Made by a program: the position numbers and the translations under genes
Notes under the pieces: generated by a model
Told to the model about the DNA's origin: nothing
The model's database searches: none
The model's input: only the letters and a program-made list of their open reading frames with translations
IMG/VR virus record: IMGVR_UViG_3300003322_000423
Coordinates: 1-64,000 of that record
Strand: one strand, 5' to 3'
From: a virus
Length of the DNA: 64,000 nt
Shown here: piece by piece, positions 9,010 to 18,371 of the stretch
Position numbering within the stretch: position 1 is the first letter of the stretch
Layout of the letters: every line of letters begins with the position of its first letter

Positions 9010-10566
9010 ATGTCCATAACGGTAGATTTAGGCTATACAGTTGAAAACTGGCAAGACCGAGTCGCAGAAATAGATCCCAGATTACTGGAAACCACTGAAG
9101 GTCGGAAAGCTTTATGCGAAACCGATCCCTTTTTGTTTGCTCTCATATACTTTGCAGATCACCTGAAAGACGACGACGGTAATATCACCTTCGGTGAAAA
9201 CCATTTTTCCTGGGTCAATCTTGCATGCAACTGGATGCACCCGAAACCTCAGCCACGGCAGTTCAGGGATGCGTTTCTGGCCCCCCGAGCTTCAGGTAAA
9301 TCTACCTTTTGGTTTACAATCATCCCTTGCTGGTTCGCCGCGTTCGGTTATTCCAAGTTTCTTGCGGCTTTTGCGGACTCTGCTGAACAGGCGGAACGTC
9401 ACTTGGCCACTTTTAAGCAAGAGCTTGAAGAAAATGAACTCCTGAACGAGGATTTCCCGGAATTGTGCCGCCCTGGTACACGTAAACGTGGTACGGTCAA
9501 GGGTGACGCAAAGAACATGCGCTGGTGTGCCAATGGATTTGTGTTCATTGCTAAGGGTATTGACTCTCAGTCCCTCGGTATGAAGGTCGGTAAAACTCGT
9601 CCTGACACCCTTCTTTTTGATGATATTGAGCCCGATGAATCCAACTACTCGATTTATCAGATGGAACAGCGTCTGATGACCATTCAGGATGCTGTTTTAC
9701 CTCTTAATGAACGTGCGAGAGTGGTTTTATCCGGGACTGTCACCATGCCTGGGTCCATTACCCACCAGTTGGTAAAACATGCAGCAGGTATCGAAGATCC
9801 TGACGGTGAACGTAAGTGGATTGATGAAGAAAACTTCAAGGTTCACCACCAGTTACCTATTATAGACAATGGTGATGGTACCGAACGGTCTATGTGGCCT
9901 GCCAAATGGCCTCTTGAGTATTTGCAGAAATATCGTCACACCCGTGGGTACCAGAAGAACTTTCTTAACGACCCTATGGCCGCTGACGGTGAATACTGGA
10001 CTAAAGATGACTTCACGGTGGGAGATCTGGATTGTACATACACAATCTTATCTATCGATGGTGCCGTAACGACAACCAAGGAATCTGACTATTCTGGTAT
10101 ATCCGTAGTGGGGTATCAACCTGCACAGTTTAAAGAGGGTAAAAGGGTGTCTCCCGCCCGATGTGTGGTCAAGTATGCCAGAGCTGTGAAACTCAAGGGT
10201 GATCCGTTACGAAAATTCATCCACACCGTACTGGATTCGTTTCCAGAAGTCAACGCTATTCTGGTTGAAACCAATCAAGGTGGAGACCATTGGTATGACG
10301 TTCTGCACGGTATGCCTGTCAAAATTATGACCGTAAACAATACAGAGAAAAAAGAGTCCCGAGCCGGACGTTTGTTAAACCTCTATCAGTTGATCCCTAC
10401 TCGTGTTCTGCATCAGCAACAGTTGTATGCGCTGGAAGAACAAATGGTCAGCTTTCCTAATGGGCTGAATGATGACCTCGTGGACTCTGTAGGCAATGCG
10501 GTACTGCGGTTCCTGAGTCCACTCAGAAAACAAAAGGTCAAAACAAAGACACTGACACCGCGTTAA
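9010..10566 (+). CDS. terL: Terminase large subunit
   Basis: Walker A (APRASGKST), Walker B (LLFDDIE), nuclease SDYS and DDLVDS motifs; precedes portal. Confidence 0.93.
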   Translation: MSITVDLGYTVENWQDRVAEIDPRLLETTEGRKALCETDPFLFALIYFADHLKDDDGNITFGENHFSWVNLACNWMHPKPQPRQFRDAFLAPRASGKSTFWFTIIPCWFAAFGYSKFLAAFADSAEQAERHLATFKQELEENELLNEDFPELCRPGTRKRGTVKGDAKNMRWCANGFVFIAKGIDSQSLGMKVGKTRPDTLLFDDIEPDESNYSIYQMEQRLMTIQDAVLPLNERARVVLSGTVTMPGSITHQLVKHAAGIEDPDGERKWIDEENFKVHHQLPIIDNGDGTERSMWPAKWPLEYLQKYRHTRGYQKNFLNDPMAADGEYWTKDDFTVGDLDCTYTILSIDGAVTTTKESDYSGISVVGYQPAQFKEGKRVSPARCVVKYARAVKLKGDPLRKFIHTVLDSFPEVNAILVETNQGGDHWYDVLHGMPVKIMTVNNTEKKESRAGRLLNLYQLIPTRVLHQQQLYALEEQMVSFPNGLNDDLVDSVGNAVLRFLSPLRKQKVKTKTLTPR

Positions 10567-10654
10567 ACGTGTTGCCTAAAATAGGGTGCATGTTTATTGA
10601 TATACTTTTGGATTAGTATGTACTTACCACGGATTTTAAGGAGGGCGGGCACAA

Positions 10655-12544
10655 ATGGCTGATATTGTCCCAGATGACTTAGTTAGAGGCTATCAAGAGC
10701 TTTTAGCTGCCCGTCCAGCGTATGAACGTGCAGCAGCTTTTTATGAGGGAACTGTAGATGAAGTATATGCATCGGCCAAGGTTACACGTCTGCTGACAAA
10801 ATTCGGCCTTGATGCTATTGACAGCTTCAATTTTGCCCACATTCCCGTGGATGCCATTGCTAATAAGCTGCACATCAATGCCGTGACCGTAGACGACGGC
10901 ATGGAAGACCCGTCTCAACTATTGTCTGCAAAAGCAGCTCAAGCGTCAAAGCAAGGGCAATTTACCCCTCCTCAAAACACTTTTAAAAAGCCAGGTTCTA
11001 CAGACAATTCAACACCGGGGGCCTCTTCAGAGAAAGCTCAATCTGTAAGCAAGCCTACAGATATTCCTGTAAAGAAGCCAGGCCCTAACTTTGCCCGCCC
11101 ACAAGACACTTTTAACAAGACGGCTAACCCTGTCAACCAGATTATTGAAGATCTGTGGGAATACAACGAACTTGGGGAAGAACTTCCAAACCTTCACCGT
11201 AACATCGGTAAGTACGGTGATTATTACATGCTGGTCTGGCCCGTCGTTGGTGATGACGAGTCAGATAAGGGTAAGGCTTACGACCCTAAAACCACAGCAG
11301 CCGCTCTAAGTGGGGTATCTGTACCGAGTGAAGAGCAGTCAGACCCCCTAGAAGACCCTGCTACTAGTCCAAGTAAGAGTATAGTAGCTGTGGACATGAT
11401 TTGTCATGATCCGTTGACTACTCGTGCATTTTACGACACGGAAAACCCAAGAAAGATGCTTTACGTGCTCAGATCTTGGGAAGAAAATGAAGGTCAAAAT
11501 CTAATAGTACGGGCTAATCTTTACTACAAAGATCGCATTGAGCGTTGGATGCATAAAGGACGTCCTCCGAAGCGCAGAAATTCACAAAACAAGTGGATAC
11601 CTTACGTTGAGGATGGTTCCCAGGCAGTATTGCCCAACCCGTTCGATCAGATTCCGTTTTTCCACTACCGTACAGACCGTACATACGGAAAGCCTGACCA
11701 TCTGTATGCCTATGGCCCCCAGCTAGCTATCAATAAGCTCGTAACCAGCCACTTGGCAACTGTTGATTATCAGTCATTCCCCCAGCGATATGCACTTACA
11801 GATCCTACAGCAGATCCGTCATCCCTACAGGGCGTGGACAATGATCCATTCTCTCCAGAAGACGACGGAGACCCTGAGGACGACAACTTTACACGTCTTG
11901 ATGCTGACCCATCATCTGTATGGACGCTTCAAGGTTTCAAATCCGTAGGACAATTCCAGGCAGCCGATCCTAAGGCATACCTAGACCCGTTTGACAGATA
12001 TGTCAAAGCCATGTCTCAGGTTACTGGAATTCCTCTCCACATGTTTGATAAGACCGGTGAACGTCCTCCAAGTGGGGAGAACATTCGTCAGGTCAACGAA
12101 CAGATGAACTCCAAGGCTGAGACACGTCAGCTAGGAGTCGGTGCAACGCACCGAAATGCCTTCACATTTGCTCTTAACCTTCTAGGTCAAGAAGTAGAGC
12201 GTGTGAAAATAACCTGGCGCCCTCTTGAGGTTGTTACTGACCTTGCAGGATGGCAGGCGATTAATGAGAAGCAGCTAGCGGGTGTTCCTGCTGAGGTGAC
12301 TCTTATTGAGGCTGGCTACCTTCCCGAAGAAGTGGCTCCGTGGAAGGACGAGTGGGATCGTCAGGCTATTGAGGCTCAGAAAATTGAGCAGCAACAGCTT
12401 GAGATTCAGCAAAGCCAGATTTCTTCATCAAACGTGGTTCGTTATTCAGGCGCTCGTAAAAACGTTCGTCAGGCAACCACATCTAATGGCACACCACGTC
12501 CCGGATCTAATGGAGCGGGCAATCAAAATGGTGGCAAAAAGTAA
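10655..12544 (+). CDS. Portal protein (SPP1 gp6-like) with low-complexity insertions
   Basis: Position after terL; FYEG...NF...PVDA start; NPF..IPFF, FPQRY and PSGE motifs. Confidence 0.88.
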   Translation: MADIVPDDLVRGYQELLAARPAYERAAAFYEGTVDEVYASAKVTRLLTKFGLDAIDSFNFAHIPVDAIANKLHINAVTVDDGMEDPSQLLSAKAAQASKQGQFTPPQNTFKKPGSTDNSTPGASSEKAQSVSKPTDIPVKKPGPNFARPQDTFNKTANPVNQIIEDLWEYNELGEELPNLHRNIGKYGDYYMLVWPVVGDDESDKGKAYDPKTTAAALSGVSVPSEEQSDPLEDPATSPSKSIVAVDMICHDPLTTRAFYDTENPRKMLYVLRSWEENEGQNLIVRANLYYKDRIERWMHKGRPPKRRNSQNKWIPYVEDGSQAVLPNPFDQIPFFHYRTDRTYGKPDHLYAYGPQLAINKLVTSHLATVDYQSFPQRYALTDPTADPSSLQGVDNDPFSPEDDGDPEDDNFTRLDADPSSVWTLQGFKSVGQFQAADPKAYLDPFDRYVKAMSQVTGIPLHMFDKTGERPPSGENIRQVNEQMNSKAETRQLGVGATHRNAFTFALNLLGQEVERVKITWRPLEVVTDLAGWQAINEKQLAGVPAEVTLIEAGYLPEEVAPWKDEWDRQAIEAQKIEQQQLEIQQSQISSSNVVRYSGARKNVRQATTSNGTPRPGSNGAGNQNGGKK

Positions 12545-12584
12545 ATGGGCAGTAAGCCCTATAATATGAAAAGGATAACCGGTA

Positions 12585-13322
12585 ATGGTTGAGTCAGGCT
12601 TAGACATAGACGAAAACGACATTGTAGACGACGACGAACTTGACGATGATGTTGAGGAAGTTGAAGACGACTGGACTCCTCCTACTAAGGAAGAGTACGA
12701 GAAGCTACTAGCTGGAAAGCAAAAGGCCGATAGTGAGGCCGCTGCTCGTAAACGTTGGATGAGAGAAGCAGGACTAGACCCTAAGACTGGTAAGCCTGTG
12801 GCAAAGCGGGAAGTCAAGTTGGACTTTAATGCTGATACCACAGATGATGAAGATGAGACGGACGAAAGTGCATCAGACAATGCACGCGCTATGGCCGCTG
12901 CTGTTAAGCAGCAAAAAGCCGATATAGCTCGTTCACAGCGCGAATTACAGCGTCAGCTTGAACGTGAAGTCGCTAAGACAGAACAAAGCGAACGCGCAAG
13001 AGCAGCCGTTCTTATTGCTGCCGTACCTGCGGCTTTAAATGATGCAGGATTCAATGGACGCAACATGGAACGAATGCTACGACTCATGGACCTAGATGCC
13101 GTAGAAATTGATTCTGACGGTGAAATCGAAGGTCTTACCGAACAGGTTGAAGAACTTAAGAAGGATTTCCCTGAATTCTTCAAGCGTTCGCGCATGAAAG
13201 ATGCAGCCGAAAAGGTTGCTGACACAAAAACGGTGAGTGGCAGTAAAAAAGCCGCTCCTGCATCGGAAGAAAACCTAGATTTCGCTACCCGATTGAGAAA
13301 CCAACTTTATCGTGGTAAGTGA
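12585..13322 (+). CDS. Capsid scaffolding protein
   Basis: Acidic coiled coil, LKKDFPEFF motif, directly before the capsid gene. Confidence 0.8.
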   Translation: MVESGLDIDENDIVDDDELDDDVEEVEDDWTPPTKEEYEKLLAGKQKADSEAAARKRWMREAGLDPKTGKPVAKREVKLDFNADTTDDEDETDESASDNARAMAAAVKQQKADIARSQRELQRQLEREVAKTEQSERARAAVLIAAVPAALNDAGFNGRNMERMLRLMDLDAVEIDSDGEIEGLTEQVEELKKDFPEFFKRSRMKDAAEKVADTKTVSGSKKAAPASEENLDFATRLRNQLYRGK

Positions 13323-13412
13323 CGCAAATTTCAACTTTGTTGAATGGGCCTTGTGCCCGAGGCTTGCCGAGTAAGGCATTAATTTCGTAAACTCTATGAA
13401 AGGTTTGGCACA

Positions 13413-14348
13413 ATGGCCATAGTTGGATCACTCACCAGTTATCAGGATGACTGGATTCCCATTGAGTGGGACTCCGAAGTCATCATGCGTGTTCTCCGTG
13501 CTTCTGCTGTTGAGGCATTAGGTGAGCGCCACGACATGAATACCTCTACAAAGCGTATTCTCCGTCAGCAGGGATACCTTGTCACTGCGGGTAAGACATA
13601 CACCCGTGATGACAGCGACCTTGACTACGTCACTCTGACAGCCCGTCGCTTCATGGGTATGTCAGTACTCGATGAGGACGACACAGCCGACGCAAACATG
13701 ATCGTGGACACTGTTTCACGTCGTGCGGCTGACTGGGCAGTTTCTTACGCAACAGCGTTCGACAATGCTTGTCTCGGTGTCACAGCGGCAGAGAACGGTA
13801 CAACTGCTCCGTTCACATCCGTTTACAAGGCAATTCGTACAGCCGACACAAACGCAGGCTACACAGCAAACGCAAACTACGTCAACCACGCCGGTGCTGC
13901 TTCCGCGTTCTACGACGACGCTTCTGCGACACTCCGTCTCGTAGAGACAAGCGACTACTGGGACGGCAACAACGCGCTTATCATTGCGCACCCTGCCTTC
14001 CGTGACGTTCTACGCCGTACCAAGGACACAGTAGGTACACCTATCTTCGTTCAGGGTCAGGGCGGTGACTCAGGTCAGCCTGACACTCTGTTCGGTGTAG
14101 AGATCTTCTGGAGCCGTGGTGCTAAGACAGCCCCTGCCATGGATTCAGCCCCTTCTGGTAACCCACTTCTTATCTTCGTGGGTAACCGTAACTTCCTGAA
14201 GCTAGGTGTTCGTTCAGGTCCTGAGACCCGCATGGACGTAGCCGATGCCCACAGCGACGTCGACGACATTGCGGTCAAGTTCCGCTCACGTCGTGGATTC
14301 CAGCTTGGACACGTAAAGGCGTTCAGCGTACTGGAGAAGACTGCGTAA
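13413..14348 (+). CDS. Major capsid protein (HK97 fold)
   Basis: WIPIEW, FDNACLG, KD..GTPIF, TLFG motifs; strong codon bias; followed by a terminator. Confidence 0.9.
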   Translation: MAIVGSLTSYQDDWIPIEWDSEVIMRVLRASAVEALGERHDMNTSTKRILRQQGYLVTAGKTYTRDDSDLDYVTLTARRFMGMSVLDEDDTADANMIVDTVSRRAADWAVSYATAFDNACLGVTAAENGTTAPFTSVYKAIRTADTNAGYTANANYVNHAGAASAFYDDASATLRLVETSDYWDGNNALIIAHPAFRDVLRRTKDTVGTPIFVQGQGGDSGQPDTLFGVEIFWSRGAKTAPAMDSAPSGNPLLIFVGNRNFLKLGVRSGPETRMDVADAHSDVDDIAVKFRSRRGFQLGHVKAFSVLEKTA

Positions 14349-14361
14349 TAGCAGTATAAAA

Positions 14362-14410
14362 CGACCCCCACCAGGCACTGTCCGCCCTCCCGTGCCTGGT
14401 GGGGGTTTCT
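14362..14410 (+). terminator. Terminator after the capsid gene
   Basis: ACCCCCACCAGGCAC...GTGCCTGGTGGGGGT followed by TTCT. Confidence 0.8.
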
Positions 14411-14429
14411 CCTTGAAAGAGGTGATTTT

Positions 14430-14921
14430 ATGTCTGCATGGGCAACCATCTCGGAAACGCTTGCGTATACACGTATAAACGTAGAACAGGAAGATATAGA
14501 CGCTGCACAGGTCATGATCGAAATTTTTGTCGATTGTGTCTATAACCAGACTGTTGATGCTTCTGGTTCACCCTTAATAGGTTCCAAAAACCTCAGACTA
14601 TTAAAAATGGCTGTAGCGTATCAGGCAGCCTGGATGACTCAACACCCTGACCTGTTTACACACACAGATATTCAGTCTATCAACCAAGACGGTATTTTCT
14701 ATGTACATCAGCACGAAAACTCTTATCTATTAGCTCCTATGGCTCGAAGAGCTATAAAGAGACTCAGTTGGAACAGGAACAAGAGTATTCGTGTTCGTCC
14801 TGGTACTAACAGGGTTGTACGTAAATACTATGTGCAAGATGATTCGTCTATACAGAGAAATGTAAGTTACTGGGGTCTAACCGCAGAACAAGAAGACAAC
14901 ATCCCTTGGGAGTCGATGTGA
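14430..14921 (+). CDS. Head-to-tail adaptor
   Basis: Synteny; LKMAVAYQAAW and LAPMARRAIKRL motifs. Confidence 0.75.
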   Translation: MSAWATISETLAYTRINVEQEDIDAAQVMIEIFVDCVYNQTVDASGSPLIGSKNLRLLKMAVAYQAAWMTQHPDLFTHTDIQSINQDGIFYVHQHENSYLLAPMARRAIKRLSWNRNKSIRVRPGTNRVVRKYYVQDDSSIQRNVSYWGLTAEQEDNIPWESM

Positions 14922-15253
14922 TATCAAGGGCTACTACAGTTGTCACAATATATAGAGGTGAAGGGGTTGACGAATACGGAGACCCGATAGATTCGGATAC
15001 CGTAGTAGTCCGTCATCTACCTGTTTCTATACTGGAACAGACGGTAAAGGCGTGGACAGAAGTAACTACTATTCCTCGTAATTTTCGCTGGGCCAAAATG
15101 AGAATAACTCAAGGTTATGACATCCAACAGAATGATCGAGTGTACGACGAACGCACAGGTGATATATGGACAATTGTCCAGATAAGTCGTAGAGCAAACC
15201 CTGTCAGAGGGACGGATGTGCGTGTCGACTTGGAGATGATGAACTCTACGTGA
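14918..15253 (+). CDS. Head-to-tail stopper/closure protein
   Basis: DEYGDP and DI...DRV motifs; synteny. Confidence 0.7.
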   Translation: MISRATTVVTIYRGEGVDEYGDPIDSDTVVVRHLPVSILEQTVKAWTEVTTIPRNFRWAKMRITQGYDIQQNDRVYDERTGDIWTIVQISRRANPVRGTDVRVDLEMMNST

Positions 15254-15404
15254 TCCAGTATAATTCCATATACAGCGAGTAGAGATTTAAACTGCCCGAA
15301 AACGGCAGGTCTCGAAAACTCTTGATCTCGAAAAGGGAGAAGGACCGTAAAGCCCGTGCTCCCTCGGCATGTCTGCTTACGGTCCTTTTTCATTTGGAGA
15401 TGTC

Positions 15405-15752
15405 ATGGCGCGAATTGTATGGCATGAAGCGGGTTTTGCAGGAATTGACGCTGAAATAGTCAAGTTTATGCACAAGCTGGGTGAACGGGTTCAAAAGGCG
15501 GCCAAAGCCTTGGCGCCTGTCCATACAGGGGCTCTTCGAGCGTCCATAGAGCTTGAGATGGCCGGGAAAACTGCATATGTAAGTGCGAACACCTTTTATG
15601 CACTTTACCAGGAACTCGGTACAGGCCCGCATGAAATCACGGGTAATCCTTGGTTGAGCATTGATGGGGGCCACCCGGTTCATTCTGTTCAACATCCAGG
15701 TAACCCGGCAGTACATTATCTATTACAGGCTCTAATGGCGGCAGGTGGCTAA
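15405..15752 (+). CDS. HK97 gp10-like tail completion protein
   Basis: APVHTGALRASI...YALYQELGT. Confidence 0.85.
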   Translation: MARIVWHEAGFAGIDAEIVKFMHKLGERVQKAAKALAPVHTGALRASIELEMAGKTAYVSANTFYALYQELGTGPHEITGNPWLSIDGGHPVHSVQHPGNPAVHYLLQALMAAGG

Positions 15753-16255
15753 TGGCTCCAAAACACAATAACTCGGAGCAAGTAGCTATAGCTTGGCTCA
15801 GAGCGCAAACAGACTTGGCGGGGGTAGGCATAGGAACCACCCTTCCACAAGATCAGTCCACTTGGGCTGACAAAGGCTTCATACAAGTATCCATAACAGG
15901 ACGTGGTCATTCAAGGGACGACATCGGATACAGATGTCCCGTAGTCACAGCACATTGCTGGGCAACAAACCAGAACAAGCAAAGACCCCCATGGGGTAAG
16001 GCCAACGACCTTGCCGAGATAGTGTGGACTTGTTGTCTGGGTCCTAATGGACTTAATGGCCACAATGGCATGGAAAATGTTACTACTGCATTATCAGGTG
16101 CACCTAAGGTAAGGATACTTCAGGTATGGGGAGTACAAGAACCTAGGCGGCACAAATGGGGATTCCCCACAATGGACACCGGAGCGGTAATCAATCCGGG
16201 AAATATGGCTCACTATACAGTTGAGTTCGAGTTAGCTTGGGCGGAGCTTACCTAA
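15752..16255 (+). CDS. Tail terminator protein
   Basis: Synteny and size; VAIAWL N-terminus. Confidence 0.7.
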   Translation: MAPKHNNSEQVAIAWLRAQTDLAGVGIGTTLPQDQSTWADKGFIQVSITGRGHSRDDIGYRCPVVTAHCWATNQNKQRPPWGKANDLAEIVWTCCLGPNGLNGHNGMENVTTALSGAPKVRILQVWGVQEPRRHKWGFPTMDTGAVINPGNMAHYTVEFELAWAELT

Positions 16256-16479
16256 TGATTTACGTTATAGTCGGACAGAAGACAGGCGAACCCCTGACGT
16301 ATAAAGGTCAGGTCATAGTGCATACAAGCAAAGCAGAGTTTGAATATCTGTTTCCTGAGTCTCGTATAGAGCCTGCACCAGGGTGGGTGCTGTCAAGCCC
16401 GACGATAAAACTGGAAGACCATCCAGATATGAATGCGGTTCAATTTCCTATCGTAGATCATATGAATCAATTCAGATAG
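16255..16479 (+). CDS. Hypothetical protein
   Basis: TAATG overlap with the previous gene. Confidence 0.6.
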   Translation: MIYVIVGQKTGEPLTYKGQVIVHTSKAEFEYLFPESRIEPAPGWVLSSPTIKLEDHPDMNAVQFPIVDHMNQFR

Positions 16480-16480
16480 G

Positions 16481-16831
16481 GTGAAAATGAAATCTAAGAT
16501 CAAAATACTTATTATGTCTAGCATAATAGGTACTCTGGCTTTATTTATCATGCCTTATACGTCTACAGCTAGTTCGGGGGACGTTGTATATCAAAGTTGT
16601 TCCACGGCGCATGCAGTAACAACAGATGATAACGACATAACAGTAATCTGTGAAGACTGGCCTAAATTTGCCGGAAATAAGTGGATGCCCAAGTTAACCC
16701 CTTCTGGTGGATTACCTACAGTGTCTTTATGGGGTACATGTTCAGTTCCCGGGTTGCAGGCGAAAATTTCTGGAGGATCTACTGTTACATGTGTCAGAGC
16801 ATTTAGCGATTATGCATGGTTTATGTATTAA
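16481..16831 (+). CDS. Secreted Cys-containing protein (moron-like)
   Basis: Signal peptide, 4 Cys, AT-richer than flanking genes. Confidence 0.6.
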   Translation: MKMKSKIKILIMSSIIGTLALFIMPYTSTASSGDVVYQSCSTAHAVTTDDNDITVICEDWPKFAGNKWMPKLTPSGGLPTVSLWGTCSVPGLQAKISGGSTVTCVRAFSDYAWFMY

Positions 16832-16946
16832 ACTTCCTTCACTTGTGGAGGTAGAGGGCGATTTACCCTCACCAAGGGATTTCCTTTCGGTGAGTACATC
16901 TAGATGAAAATAGAAATTATAATTACTCACAGTAAGGAGATACACC

Positions 16947-17522
16947 ATGGCTGTGACCGTGGCGAACCTCGTACAGGGTCCCGCAACCCTCTACATCGGA
17001 GCTTTTCAGGCTACTGAGCCTGCGGACAACGCAGTAAACACTGCACCTTCTTCAGCCGTTTGGACAGACCTCGGCGGTACTGTTGATGGGGCTGAGCTTA
17101 CAATCAAGCAGGAGTACAAGGAACTTGAGGTTGACCAGGTTGTAGACATTCCTGGTCGTCGTCTCACCAAGCGCGACATGCTTGTAAAGACAAAGCTTGC
17201 TGAGCCTACCTTCCAGAACCTCGTATATGCTCTTAACGACGGTACAACTGCTACCGGTACTGGCTACAAGAACTTCACACCTGCGTTCACCGACTCTGCT
17301 ACTCAGCCTACATACCGTGCTCTCATCCTTCACGGATGGGCTGCGGCGGCTGGTGGCGGTGGTCAGAGCAAGCGTCGTATGGTTATTCTTCGTCGTGTTC
17401 TGTCTTCTGACGACGTTGAAATGAGCTACATGAAGGACAAGCAGACACTTCTGACTGTCACATGGTCTGTCCACTACGTAGACAACGCCACAGCTCCATT
17501 CAAGATCATCGACGAAGCCTAA
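16947..17522 (+). CDS. Major tail tube protein
   Basis: GPATLY, WTDLGGT.DG motifs; strong codon bias; AAGGAG RBS; terminator follows. Confidence 0.9.
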   Translation: MAVTVANLVQGPATLYIGAFQATEPADNAVNTAPSSAVWTDLGGTVDGAELTIKQEYKELEVDQVVDIPGRRLTKRDMLVKTKLAEPTFQNLVYALNDGTTATGTGYKNFTPAFTDSATQPTYRALILHGWAAAAGGGGQSKRRMVILRRVLSSDDVEMSYMKDKQTLLTVTWSVHYVDNATAPFKIIDEA

Positions 17523-17530
17523 TTTTATCT

Positions 17531-17560
17531 GAAAGACCCCTCAACTTGAGGGGTCTTTTA
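17531..17560 (+). terminator. Terminator after the tail tube gene
   Basis: AAAGACCCCTCAA-C-TTGAGGGGTCTTTT. Confidence 0.85.
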
Positions 17561-17627
17561 CATTTTCACAGAAAAAATGCTATAATCAGAGTAATTTGTT
17601 TCCTAGCCACAGAGGGTGGTTTTTAAA

Positions 17628-17978
17628 ATGGCAAAGACAGACACAGTGAGCAACTCACAGCCTGGCGGCGATGTTCTCAAGTTCGAAACACCTAAGGATA
17701 AGACCGAAGACCGTGTGGTGTTGTTCACAATTGACGACAAAGAGTTTGACGTCCCTAAAAAGCCGGGCATGAAAGTTATTATGCGATACCTTAACGTATC
17801 CCGAAAGACCGGCAGTGATCTATTCGCTGCTCAGAAGCTTGTTGAGGACATGTTAGGTGAGGAAAAGTGGGAAGAGTTCCTCGCGTGGGACGGCCTTACA
17901 GATGAGATTGTTAGCACAGTTATTTCTAAGTGCATCACAATCGCTACAGAGTCTGTTGAGGAAGAAGCAAAAAACTAA
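17628..17978 (+). CDS. Tail assembly chaperone (G)
   Basis: Between tail tube and tape measure; ends in the slippery heptamer A-AAA-AAC. Confidence 0.85.
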   Translation: MAKTDTVSNSQPGGDVLKFETPKDKTEDRVVLFTIDDKEFDVPKKPGMKVIMRYLNVSRKTGSDLFAAQKLVEDMLGEEKWEEFLAWDGLTDEIVSTVISKCITIATESVEEEAKN

Positions 17979-18343
17979 GTGAGCGAACCGGACAATACCT
18001 GTGGTTTCCCGACTATATAAATGAAATTGAAACAGATTTTGCAGCTATATACGGGATTAGGGATATGTGGGAATTAGATTCCTCCTACTTTGTCCGGTTT
18101 GCATCTCGTTTACCCTATTATTCAGGTGCAGTGCATTCTAAGATAAAGACGGATTATCAAGATCACCTGGATGAAAACGGCAATGCAGTTATCAAGGATT
18201 CGGCGGTTGAGAAGACTGTAAAAATGAAATTGTCGGACGCTATAAGTCAAACAGTTTCTGATGATTTTTCAGCTCTTAACCATGAATCTCAAATGTCCGG
18301 TATGGGTGACTTGTTCGAAAGGGTAAGTGTGCCCGGAAATTAA
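17628..18343 (+). CDS. Tail assembly chaperone G-T fusion via -1 frameshift at 17969-17975
   Basis: The -1 frame is open from 17975 into ORF 18065-18343 (30 codons checked). Confidence 0.85.
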
Positions 18344-18371
18344 ACTCTAGACCTCGGAAGGAGGTTGCACT

